A stretch of DNA of 32,000 nt from Synechococcus sp. A15-24 (GCF_014280195.1 NZ_CP047960.1:1710001-1742000); one strand, 5' to 3'. Counted from the first letter of the stretch, positions 18,901 to 26,720 are shown. Translations and numbers: made by a program. The notes: generated by a model not told the origin, from the letters alone.

Positions 18901-19704
18901 ACAGACCCTATGATTGAAATCTATAGCGGTAATAATTTCGAGAGAATGGCAAAGATAAAGCCATTTTGGCGTTATGGCATGAAAACAAGCATTAATATCG
19001 CCTCTGGAGACATTAATTCAGATAATTTTGTTGATATTCTTGTTGGCCAAGGTTCTGGAGGCATGGGGATGGTGGAAGTATTTGATGGGCGCGCCTTAAC
19101 ATCAGTCATTAAGAATAAACAGGGTAACAACATTGATGATGAGGAAACAGCAGGGATCAAACCATTCAAAGGGAAAAAAGTTGCGCAAGCGACAGAAGCA
19201 TATGACACTATGTTTCATCCATTCCCTGGATATACAGGTGAAGTAGATGTAGCAAGTGGTTATATTTTGCCACGCCCAAGCTACGATCTCGATGATGAAA
19301 TTTCAGAACAAAAAAAAGATCAAATCGTGCAGACAAGCTATGCGAATTTTACAACACTCGCAGTTGATAAGAGATCAAGCGAAGAAGACCCCTCAATCAA
19401 AAGCTTCTTCTATACAGGTGGAAGTTCGCATGCGAATCACAGCGATACCGAACAATCACGTGCTGATCACAGTGAAGGATTATTGCCATCTCTCGCAGTA
19501 TCTCTAAATATTGACAAAAAAATCACTAGCATTAACAATGCATTCTTCGATTTGTCGGACGCGCTTGATGATCGAGGAATGAATGGTCTAGTCATCACCA
19601 CTAGAAAGGGTGAAGAGTACCTTCACTATATAGAGCCAACAACAGTCCAAGAAGGTGAGTTTTCTATCATGGATACTGTAGCAATTAACATCACACCCAG
19701 CTAG
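15910..19704 (+). CDS. multicopper oxidase / FG-GAP fusion, paralog 2, with an inserted pentapeptide-repeat module
   Basis: It has the same four Cu motifs and the same FG-GAP region as paralog 1. Until the insertion it is collinear with paralog 1 at a constant offset of 3560 nt. The GTG start at 15910 aligns exactly with the ATG of paralog 1 (MTLNDAYIIGSENHSS versus MNLANAYIIGSENHSS). Confidence 0.85.
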   Translation: MTLNDAYIIGSENHSSWSQNFDPKAYLKVLPQHNQKLAYTSPWLEWQQGNKNYRDGIYSEEGPNGSYYSSWGPESDVLDVELTLSELNEITIPGLGVLTRSTEDNGTAYDDGFQAYNGLIPGPLLVVDPGDTLKIRLVNDLENRSGLELAADTNFHTHGLHVSPLGAGDNVLFSLSPGDAWETEIKIPDNHFVGPQWYHPHLHGATNLQVSNGLAGTLLVLASEEEADDIDKFSPVDNSFYWMAIQTQSLLQQERPASSNDPLNQDPNGLSYRIGTPPVFTEVDGTKVFTKSDAAYIGYNFKPDYYDPTQPTGDPSGTPFAYGAGIAGTPTENIIHTVNGQYNPTIDVETGQWNVFGFLNQSVNSHFVIQLVREYKGELSLEEFQVIAVDGDAAGVVSQALQFVTETPVMAPGNRMTVQQAFTKPGKYYFLANGTEEILGELAPEVANIAPMNLYETPSIEFNPDFVPSDVQGALYAGAETWNELRREVFEGPLDLSGMHFPPTWDLRGYDLTNVDLDDSFMGLVNLTDVDLRGSSLNNVNLIGANVTNTNLFDVDLSGALLPGGIDQASNAKYDQDTYPYQGIHDGHLIWGAQVLATVEVTGESISSRPAPPEPIQYLLEESEKIDTWVSDTKNAIANDNIKRRNFIWDANYSRLQEENRIIDDNDPSTFEDMYWINGRWFGHSPSEQPVVAMPMLGTTEEWTLQNSSIGFGAGAVGEWHPFHIHQNDFVVTEINGINVEDIPSYPANQLVDTVTLASSYVQDSATANNPYGSPAYFNPITDSINGIPQNFETKLFMKFEDYTGAYVNHCHILFHEDAGMMQAVKVILNTDSNYIGAEKQTGKPTLRLGSSMVDTFSIDNSDNFSKKLNIAIGDINFGKFFSMDKLSDTFKGGTKGESDNIADIAITGEKIARNESGFQINVYDGDSVSQSATGSYKLKRDQQKQSEIELSGEDHLLATINSFSKKKSKSISSSLAVGDINGDGHGDIIIGIGGPKTDPMIEIYSGNNFERMAKIKPFWRYGMKTSINIASGDINSDNFVDILVGQGSGGMGMVEVFDGRALTSVIKNKQGNNIDDEETAGIKPFKGKKVAQATEAYDTMFHPFPGYTGEVDVASGYILPRPSYDLDDEISEQKKDQIVQTSYANFTTLAVDKRSSEEDPSIKSFFYTGGSSHANHSDTEQSRADHSEGLLPSLAVSLNIDKKITSINNAFFDLSDALDDRGMNGLVITTRKGEEYLHYIEPTTVQEGEFSIMDTVAINITPS
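17254..17652 (+). other. 133-codon variable linker in MCO paralog 2 (13 codons in paralog 1 at 13694-13732) containing a pentapeptide-repeat module
   Basis: The flanks are conserved in both paralogs (LAPEVAN before, QGIHDGHLIWGAQVLATVEV after). The insert reads DLRGYDLTNVDLDDSFMGLVNLTDVDLRGSSLNNVNLIGANVTNTNLFDVDLSGALL, which has A(D/N)LXX-type repeats. Confidence 0.7.
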
Positions 19705-19753
19705 CCCAATTTAGGCCAAAACACTGTTGATAGAGGACGCAATCATAAATCAT

Positions 19754-19793
19754 TAAAAAAATCCAAGCCAAAAGTGTTGGCTTGGACTTTTTT
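19754..19793. terminator. bidirectional rho-independent terminator between convergent genes
   Basis: An A-run (19754-19761) precedes the stem tccaagcca (19762-19770) paired with tggcttgga (19778-19786). A T-run follows at 19788-19793. Confidence 0.65.
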
Positions 19794-19817
19794 GATCAAG
19801 TCATACTCGGATTCGAA

Positions 19818-20381
19818 TTATACGGTTACGAGCTTCAGAAGCTCTTGTGAAGCAAAGACATCACGAACGAAGGTCAGCTGCTCACTCTTGTAGTAGCAGC
19901 CGCCACGATGACCACGACGAACCCAACAAACACTACCTTTCGCGATTTGCTCATGGGTTGCATCATCCAGACAGATCCACTCAAAATGGGTGAACTCACC
20001 CCAGAACTGCACGATGGGCCAACACATCGTTACGCCAGGCTGAGCAATAATTGCCCACCAGTGCTTTTCCCGCTGCTGCTGCTCAGTGATGCCATGATAT
20101 GGACCATCCTGACAGTGATAGACGAGATCCGGACGATACTCCTTGGTTAACAAATCGCCCCGACCCTGACGGAGAGCTTCACAATGTGTCGGCCAAAATT
20201 CACGATTTTCAGCTTCAATCTGTTCAAGGGTGTAATCCGGACCGATGGCAGGTAATGAGACCTCCTGCATATTGCCAATTTCGTCTGAACGCTTGATCAG
20301 ACTGGCCTTCATTTCATCGCTGACAAGACCGACTCGTGAATAGTCGGCAGTCAGGCCTTCGTAGTAGTTGCGGCGCGTCAT
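19818..20381 (-). CDS. hypothetical protein, possibly with an NTF2/SnoaL-like fold
   Basis: The 187-aa ORF has an ATG start. Its C-terminal half (LLTKEYRPDLVYHCQDGPYHGI......WGEFTHFEWICLDD....IAKGSVCWVRRG) loosely follows the SnoaL-like pattern. The resemblance is weak. Confidence 0.35.
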   Translation of the reverse strand: MTRRNYYEGLTADYSRVGLVSDEMKASLIKRSDEIGNMQEVSLPAIGPDYTLEQIEAENREFWPTHCEALRQGRGDLLTKEYRPDLVYHCQDGPYHGITEQQQREKHWWAIIAQPGVTMCWPIVQFWGEFTHFEWICLDDATHEQIAKGSVCWVRRGHRGGCYYKSEQLTFVRDVFASQELLKLVTV

Positions 20382-20658
20382 GGAATTGTTTAATCAATTT
20401 TAATCAGCTCCAACCAATGGCTGAAGCTAACACTTGAAATATAGCCTTCGCAAAGAGGGCGCGCAGCAAGAAAATCAGACCTGTGGCACGTGACACATAA
20501 ACGATCGAATCGAGAACGAGCAAGAAAAATATTGGTGGCGCTTAGACAAGATCCATGCTTCATACAATATATACGAGGAATCCAAGACATTAATTACCCA
20601 AGGTTCTAATGGTCTCGTAAAAATATGCTCTGTTCCAAGAGGGAAAGCTATAGTGAAA

Positions 20659-21324
20659 ATGGGGGAGTCAGGTGTTCCTGCCGACTCCGCAAAACAATTT
20701 AAGTTTACAATCATGTTACTCAGCTCACATGGTCCAGCGAAAGGAAGAGTAGGGGTCTTCATCGAAGATCACTTCGATATGACGGAATATCGAATCTTCA
20801 ATCGCCGTTTTCCTGCTGCAGGATATGAATTAGAGTACATCTCAAATCTTTGGGGCAATCCAACACTTCAGTTTGGCTCTAACCCAGATAACGGATGGGT
20901 TGAGGAGCACATAACAGTCGCTAAAGATGTTGCAGATATCAATCCTACTGACTACAAGGGTTTTCTCCTCATTGGAGCGTACGCCACGGATCGCCTGAGG
21001 TATTCAGTTAAGCCTGAAAAAGGAAAACCGAATGATGCACCCGCCGTTGAACTTTTAAGGAAGATCAATAAAGCGGATGGTGTCAAGATTGGTACAATTT
21101 GCCACTCACTTTGGTTGCTTTGCGCTGACCGTACTCTACTTGAAGGCAAAAAAGTAACGTGCGCCCACAATATCCTATGCGATGTTGAAAACGCAGGCGC
21201 AGAAGTTCAATACGGGGATGACGGAACTGCTGGCAGCTGTGTTGACGGCGACTTAATATCAGCCAAGCACCCTGCATTTACAGATGAATTGATTGATTTG
21301 TTCCTCAAAGAAATTGAAACTTGA
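20659..21324 (+). CDS. DJ-1/PfpI-family protein (class I glutamine amidotransferase-like fold)
   Basis: The nucleophile-elbow motif is KIGTICHSLWLL. It is followed by LLEGKKVTCAHNILCDVENAGAEV. The first strand is RVGVFIEDHFD. The start is uncertain: GTG at 20653, ATG at 20659 or ATG at 20713. Confidence 0.75.
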   Translation: MGESGVPADSAKQFKFTIMLLSSHGPAKGRVGVFIEDHFDMTEYRIFNRRFPAAGYELEYISNLWGNPTLQFGSNPDNGWVEEHITVAKDVADINPTDYKGFLLIGAYATDRLRYSVKPEKGKPNDAPAVELLRKINKADGVKIGTICHSLWLLCADRTLLEGKKVTCAHNILCDVENAGAEVQYGDDGTAGSCVDGDLISAKHPAFTDELIDLFLKEIET

Positions 21325-21381
21325 AACATTTGGGCAGGGGCAAGCTTTAAACTAATTGCCCCTCGCAAAGTCAGGAGTCAA

Positions 21382-21735
21382 TCACGATCCGTATTTCTCT
21401 TTTAGCTCGTTAAGGCGTCCAAATCCACCGGCAGCTTTATTAAAGCCGCAGTAGACGCAGGCAAACAGAAGAATTTCCTCGATTTCCTCAAATGTAATCC
21501 CTTGCTTTAGGGCCATAGTCACGTGGGCTTCAAAAGGAATACCTGGGCCACTGTACGATTGATTTGCGACGTCTAGCAGAATCGTAAACATCGCTTTGGT
21601 CTTTTGATCAATCAAGGAATGACCCCAGGCCTCTCCAGCAACACGTACACAAAAGTCCCCAAATTTGGGATTGACTCCGTTCAGCGCTTCTTGGAGTTGA
21701 GCATCACCAAGGACGGCATTTTCCTTGAGATCCAT
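21382..21735 (-). CDS. carboxymuconolactone decarboxylase (CMD/AhpD-like) family protein
   Basis: The sequence AGEAWGHSLIDQKTKAMFTILLDVAN....FEAHVTMALKQGITFEEIEEILLFACVYCGFNKAAGGF follows the CMD family pattern. I use the ATG at 21735; the ORF-track start at 21756 is GTG. Confidence 0.75.
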   Translation of the reverse strand: MDLKENAVLGDAQLQEALNGVNPKFGDFCVRVAGEAWGHSLIDQKTKAMFTILLDVANQSYSGPGIPFEAHVTMALKQGITFEEIEEILLFACVYCGFNKAAGGFGRLNELKEKYGS

Positions 21736-22139
21736 AATAATGACAGGCGACAACACATTTTAGCACTCGTGTCGAGTAGTTGCACTGATTCGTCAACGGC
21801 TGAAGATCTGATTTAATTCTGCGTACTTGTGAGCTGAGATTAATGAAAGGAGCCTCGGCGAAAGGGGAGCCGCCTGATAAGCCAAACTAACTACAGATTA
21901 CAGCTAGAAAGCAAAAAATTAAAACCCAATTAGAGCTGGCAATCTAAAGATACCGTCGGCAATTCTAATTTCAGACTGAAACGGTAATCCATATTACCGA
22001 TTGGCATCTCCATGGACGTGCATTAACACATCGTGAAGCGAAGAGACCACTGCCTCGGCAATGGCTAAGGTTTAGATGGTTAGCAATCAACATAGCCTAA
22101 TCCGGCGACCTTCACAAGCTCACAAACTAAAGGTATTTC

Positions 22140-22571
22140 ATGACCGACGCAACCTATCAATGGGAATGGCCGCACACCCTGAAGTGGCCAAAGTTCAACA
22201 ATATGGGGGAAAATGTAGACACTCTCAAAAAACTTTTTCTCGCCGGAGAAGCGCTAAATGTCAACAACTTTATCAAGTTTTTTGCGGACGAATGCTACTA
22301 CCAATTTGGTAACTTTCCTCCTGCGAGGACGCCTCAAGAGATCAAAGCTGCATCACAAGGGTTCATTGAGTCATGCGAAGGACTACACCATCGCATCCTA
22401 AACATCTCCATTCCAAGCGAAGATACATTGCTTGTTGAAATGGTTGTGACCTACATCTCGCATAGTGGCAAGATTGTCACGCTTCCATGTTTTGATATCG
22501 TCAAGTACGAAGGAGCATTGATCAAGGAGCTAAAAATATTTATGGACATCAATCCTCTTTTCCAGGATTAA
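22140..22571 (+). CDS. NTF2-like (SnoaL / limonene-epoxide-hydrolase-like) small protein, array member 1
   Basis: It shares FIKFFADECYYQFGNFPPARTPQEI and VTLPCFDIVKYEGALIKELKIFMDINPLF with the next three ORFs. An alternative start is the ATG at 22203 (MGENVDTLKKLF). Confidence 0.6.
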   Translation: MTDATYQWEWPHTLKWPKFNNMGENVDTLKKLFLAGEALNVNNFIKFFADECYYQFGNFPPARTPQEIKAASQGFIESCEGLHHRILNISIPSEDTLLVEMVVTYISHSGKIVTLPCFDIVKYEGALIKELKIFMDINPLFQD

Positions 22572-22614
22572 TTTTCAATTTCTCGAAACACACTCCCATC
22601 CAATTTCACTATCA

Positions 22615-22983
22615 ATGATGTCAAACTCTGACACAGTACGCAGTCTTTTGAAGATGTTTGAATCCTTCAATGTGGAGGGATTTTTAGAACTTCTCACTGA
22701 AGATGCCGAGTATCGATTCGGTAATTATCCTGCAGCCGTTGGGCAAGAGAATATTGCCGCAACAATCAAGGCTAGTCACCTTGATGCAATTTCGGGGATT
22801 TCTTTTGAAATCAAATCCCTATACGAACTTGAAGATACTGTAGTAACGGAATTGATTTGTAACTATTCCCTCAAAAAAGGTGGAAATTTACCGCTTCCAT
22901 GCCTTGATATATTTAAGTTTCAAGGCGGGAAGGTTTCTGCTATGTTAGTTTTTATGGATGCAACTCCGCTGTTCACAGCATAA
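22615..22983 (+). CDS. NTF2-like small protein, array member 2
   Basis: It carries FLELLTEDAEYRFGNYPAAVGQENI and LPLPCLDIFKFQGGKVSAMLVFMDATPLF. Confidence 0.6.
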   Translation: MMSNSDTVRSLLKMFESFNVEGFLELLTEDAEYRFGNYPAAVGQENIAATIKASHLDAISGISFEIKSLYELEDTVVTELICNYSLKKGGNLPLPCLDIFKFQGGKVSAMLVFMDATPLFTA

Positions 22984-23025
22984 AGAATTTAATTCTAAAT
23001 CAATCCTATTATCACCCAATTAGCT

Positions 23026-23391
23026 ATGAATTCCGCACTTGTAACTTCTGTCAAAGAGGCTTATGCAGCCGTTGAATCGAACGACATCTCAGCGTATGTT
23101 CAATTCTTTACTGATGATGCTATCTACAAAGTAGCAAATTTCGACCCCGTCGTTGGGCCTGATGGCATACGTGCCTTGGCAGAACCACTTGTCGACATGT
23201 TTGAGTCCGTGACTCATGACATCACGACGATTTGGGAGGTCGAAAACACAGTAATTTGTGAAATGAATGTAACGTACAACCGCAAAGATGGCAAATCAGT
23301 TACGGTTCCATGCGTCGATGTCATCCACTTCAGCGACGGGAAAGTCAATGAATTGAAGGCATATATCGATACTTCACCAGCCTTTTCCTGA
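23026..23391 (+). CDS. NTF2-like small protein, array member 3
   Basis: It carries YVQFFTDDAIYKVANFDPVVGPDGI and VTVPCVDVIHFSDGKVNELKAYIDTSPAF. Confidence 0.6.
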   Translation: MNSALVTSVKEAYAAVESNDISAYVQFFTDDAIYKVANFDPVVGPDGIRALAEPLVDMFESVTHDITTIWEVENTVICEMNVTYNRKDGKSVTVPCVDVIHFSDGKVNELKAYIDTSPAFS

Positions 23392-23410
23392 ACAACCTGC
23401 ATTGAACAAA

Positions 23411-23770
23411 ATGGCATCTCTAACACTACAGCATGCAACAACGTTTCTTGGCGGTGCGGCGAATTTAGATGAATATCTAAATTTTTTCGCAAATGATTGT
23501 ACTTATCAAGTGGGAAACAATCCCGTGATCGTTGGGAAAGAAGCTCTCGGGCAAAGCTACGGTCGATTTAAAGGTATGGTTGAACGAGTTGAACATGAAA
23601 TCCTATCGTCGTACGAAAGCGAGAATATTGTGGTGATAGAGCTTAATGCCACATACCACAAGAAAGACGGTAAAACCGTAACCATTACATGCTTGGACTT
23701 GTTCACTATAATTGACCAAAAAATTAAGTCTCTACAGGTATTTGCAGACCTCAGTCCTCTTTTTAAATAA
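23411..23770 (+). CDS. NTF2-like small protein, array member 4
   Basis: It carries YLNFFANDCTYQVGNNPVIVGKEAL and VTITCLDLFTIIDQKIKSLQVFADLSPLF. I use the ATG at 23411; the ORF-track start at 23402 is TTG. Confidence 0.6.
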   Translation: MASLTLQHATTFLGGAANLDEYLNFFANDCTYQVGNNPVIVGKEALGQSYGRFKGMVERVEHEILSSYESENIVVIELNATYHKKDGKTVTITCLDLFTIIDQKIKSLQVFADLSPLFK

Positions 23771-23809
23771 ATCATTGCCTTTAATCATCAATCTGCATCT
23801 TTTAAATCC

Positions 23810-24829
23810 ATGATTTCTCAACTTCGGAAGCTCTCCAATCAAATTTCTGCATTTGTTTTATCACTTGTTCTTTTCTGCTTCTCATTCCCTCCAAATGTTC
23901 ACGCAGCTACATCGACAAGGGTGGTTCAGGGAGATAAAATGAATATGGGTAAGGGCGAAGTTTGGACGTGGACAGAAGTCGAAAAGGGTACCGGCACACC
24001 GAGACGGTTGGGGATCACCCTGACCAAATCCGCTCTGGACGGACTTCCCGCTGATGATGAGAAGCCCGAGAAAGGGACTCTGAAGCTAAAACTCATCGAC
24101 GGAAGTCCGTGGCACAATTTTGAATATGAGATGCTTTTTCCTAAAGAGGCTGATCGTACCGCCTACAACCACATGGGGTTGAATTGGAACCCTGAAGGGC
24201 ATGGACCCCTAGAGGATGTCTTCTTTGAACCTCATTTAGACGTGCACTTCTATATGGCGACCACGGATTATCGTCATTCAATTACAAACGACAGCATGGT
24301 CGATCCCGACACTGAAGATCTGCTGGTACAAAACATTGAACCACCTAGAGATTTTCTTCCTGAAGGTTATTATCGTGCCCCAAATACCTCTGAGCCGAGG
24401 ATGGGGACCCACTATGCAGACATGAGCTCAGATCAACTCAAGCCACACAATTTTTCTAATATATTCCTGTTCGGGGGGCACAACGGCAACATCGTATTTT
24501 GGGAGCCTATGCTGACCAGAAAATATCTGCTCTCTAAGCCCGACTTCTCCGCCAAAATTCCCCAGCCTAAGGCTTATCCAGTGAGCGGTTATTATCCTCT
24601 TTCGTATAGCGTCAAATACGATACGAAGCGCGATCTCATCAATGTATCTCTTGATGAGCTCACGTTGAGAGCTGCATCTTATCCAGGTAATGTATATGGA
24701 GTTGACTCTTGCTTAGACTCCAAGATGGTCGACATAATTTTTACTCACAAAGAAGCCAAGCCAAAGGATTTGCAAATTCCAGCAAAATGTCAGCCTCTTG
24801 TCCCGATGATTAAACGAGCACTGAGCTGA
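23810..24829 (+). CDS. Sec-exported protein of unassigned family (shares a domain of about 290 aa with the N-terminus of the 26791..29250 product)
   Basis: The signal peptide is ISAFVLSLVLFCFSFPPNVHA/AT. The conserved motifs NPEGHGP, HLDVHFY, EPMLTRKYLLSK and IPQPKAYPVSGYYPLSY each have a counterpart in the 819-aa protein. Confidence 0.6.
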   Translation: MISQLRKLSNQISAFVLSLVLFCFSFPPNVHAATSTRVVQGDKMNMGKGEVWTWTEVEKGTGTPRRLGITLTKSALDGLPADDEKPEKGTLKLKLIDGSPWHNFEYEMLFPKEADRTAYNHMGLNWNPEGHGPLEDVFFEPHLDVHFYMATTDYRHSITNDSMVDPDTEDLLVQNIEPPRDFLPEGYYRAPNTSEPRMGTHYADMSSDQLKPHNFSNIFLFGGHNGNIVFWEPMLTRKYLLSKPDFSAKIPQPKAYPVSGYYPLSYSVKYDTKRDLINVSLDELTLRAASYPGNVYGVDSCLDSKMVDIIFTHKEAKPKDLQIPAKCQPLVPMIKRALS

Positions 24830-24847
24830 GGATTGGCACTTTTTAAT

Positions 24848-24891
24848 ATTGTGCAGCCCATTGCTTTACATAAAGCAATGGGCTGCACAAT
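24848..24891. repeat. perfect 20-bp inverted repeat (hairpin with 4-nt loop) without a downstream U-tract
   Basis: The arm attgtgcagcccattgcttt (24848-24867) is followed by the loop acat and then aaagcaatgggctgcacaat (24872-24891). It starts 19 nt after the stop at 24829. A T5 run lies upstream of the stem, not downstream. Confidence 0.7.
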
Positions 24892-25049
24892 GCCATATAC
24901 ATAATTCGCTATAAATGGGGGTTACAGGGTTTCTAATTTCACTCGTCGATTAAAAACCTTAAGGAAAACCGTCTTCGATTCGTGACATATTCATACATGT
25001 CGTGTCAAGTCAGTGTCTATCTCTACAATAAATAAGATTGAAACCGCAA

Positions 25050-26720
25050 ATGCGCAACCTTTTCATAAGCTCGACTCTTCTAGGTACCTGCTCAGCATTG
25101 CTCATCTCCAACGCCAATGCCGATCAAGTGCATCCTGCAGACTATGCATACCAAGATCTAGATGCCTATATTGAGCCCACGGCTGATCAACTTGACCAAG
25201 TCACTTCTGTAGATCAGTTTTCTGATGTTCAACCTACAGATTGGGCATACCAAGCAATAATAAATCTTGCCGAAATATATGGGTGCGTCGCAGGCTATCC
25301 AGATCAATCACTACGGGGGGATCAAGCGATCACACGTTACGAAGCAGCTGCACTCTTGAACAACTGTTTAGATTCTATATCTGAGGTTACGGATGAAATC
25401 AGGAAGCTAATTTACCTTTTTGAAACAGAGCTTGCATTAATTCGGGGCAGAGTTGATGGATTAGAGGCCAGAGTAGGAGAATTGAAGGCAATGCAGTTTT
25501 CTCCGGTCTCGAAACTCAAGGGAGAAGCTAGTTTCATGATGGGTTCCATCAAACATGGCGGAGACGTTAGCGACAATATTGCTGGCCAATTGTATTCAAC
25601 TAGGCAGGATGCTTTCCATATGATACAAAGTTTGAGGTTGGGTTTTAAGGCAAGTTTCACCGGAAAGGATTATTTCCTTGCCCAGCTTCGTACAGGTAAT
25701 GCTTCCAATTCTGCATTTAATACCTTCAACCCTGCCACTCCTTTCTACAAGTCCACGGTGCCTCTTGCAGCTCTGGACCGCGCTTTCACTCCCGTCGGAG
25801 GGGACAATGTCTTTAATCTGGAGCGGATGTACTATAAATTTCCTCTAGGCAATGACTTCACAATAACTCTGGCTCCGAAGATTATGAATATGGGGTTGTG
25901 GGCGAGCTATCCGTCTGCCTATGGCGTGCGTGGAGATTACATCTTAGACTATTTCAGTAGTTTCGGTACTCCTGGGGTTTATAACAAAGCAGTAGGTGCT
26001 GGCGGAGCTGTTACTTGGAGAAGCAAAGCAGGAAATCCATTCATGACTTCTCATTGGCTTGCCACTGTCAATTATCTGGCCATCTCGGGTGAAGTATCTG
26101 GGGAGTCGGGAGGCTTCATGAGAGACCAATCTCGCGGGAACATCGCAGCTCAATTTGGTTATCAATCACCTCTATACGGGTTGGTTCTTGGTTACCGGTA
26201 TGGTCAGAACGGTACAGATTTCCTACAAGGCACAAAAACAACCACAAGGCACCAATCATGGTTGGAGTACGGCACAACATCTGATTCTCACAGCTTTGCC
26301 GTCAACGCTTGGTGGAGGCCACAGGAAACAGGCTGGATACCATCACTCAGCGTGGGATGGGGGGTCAACACGCTGAACAATGATGACGTGAGTGATCCTA
26401 CATACAATGAATACGACCGAGGCGTCCGAAAAGTGAGCGAATCACAAAGCTGGATGGTTGGCCTTCAATGGGATGACGTTACAGGCATTAGAGATTCCCT
26501 GTCCTTCGCCGTTGGTCAACCAACATTTGCGACAGCCTTGGCTGACGGCTCCACTCCTGATGATGGAAATTACATCATGGAACTTTGGTATCGCTATCCC
26601 TTTTCCAACCACATTTCAATCATGCCAGGCCTGTTCTACCTAAGCAGACCATATGGACAACTAACGCAGGGACGAATGGATACCTTTGGCGGAGTGGTTC
26701 AAGTGAATTTCACATTCTGA
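25050..26720 (+). CDS. cyanobacterial outer-membrane porin (N-terminal SLH domain, coiled-coil linker and OprB-type beta-barrel)
   Basis: The signal peptide is MRNLFISSTLLGTCSALLISNANA/DQ. The SLH motif is FSDVQPTDWAYQAIINLAEIYGCVAGYPD..LRGDQAITRYEAAALL. A coiled coil follows (LALIRGRVDGLEARVGELKA). The body alternates beta-strand-like segments and ends in the OMP-type VQVNFTF. I use the ATG at 25050; the ORF-track start at 25038 is TTG. Confidence 0.85.
   Translation: MRNLFISSTLLGTCSALLISNANADQVHPADYAYQDLDAYIEPTADQLDQVTSVDQFSDVQPTDWAYQAIINLAEIYGCVAGYPDQSLRGDQAITRYEAAALLNNCLDSISEVTDEIRKLIYLFETELALIRGRVDGLEARVGELKAMQFSPVSKLKGEASFMMGSIKHGGDVSDNIAGQLYSTRQDAFHMIQSLRLGFKASFTGKDYFLAQLRTGNASNSAFNTFNPATPFYKSTVPLAALDRAFTPVGGDNVFNLERMYYKFPLGNDFTITLAPKIMNMGLWASYPSAYGVRGDYILDYFSSFGTPGVYNKAVGAGGAVTWRSKAGNPFMTSHWLATVNYLAISGEVSGESGGFMRDQSRGNIAAQFGYQSPLYGLVLGYRYGQNGTDFLQGTKTTTRHQSWLEYGTTSDSHSFAVNAWWRPQETGWIPSLSVGWGVNTLNNDDVSDPTYNEYDRGVRKVSESQSWMVGLQWDDVTGIRDSLSFAVGQPTFATALADGSTPDDGNYIMELWYRYPFSNHISIMPGLFYLSRPYGQLTQGRMDTFGGVVQVNFTF

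Noticed and set aside
21334-21366. A hairpin, aggggcaa (21336-21343) paired with ttgcccct (21356-21363), between the convergent DJ-1/PfpI and CMD genes. It might be a terminator.
   Set aside because: It has an 8-bp stem with a 12-nt loop and no U-tract on either side, so it is too weak to call.
22076-22312. A 78-aa ORF overlapping the start of NTF2-like array member 1.
   Set aside because: It is out of frame with, and largely overlapped by, the paralog-supported gene at 22140..22571. It has no family resemblance.
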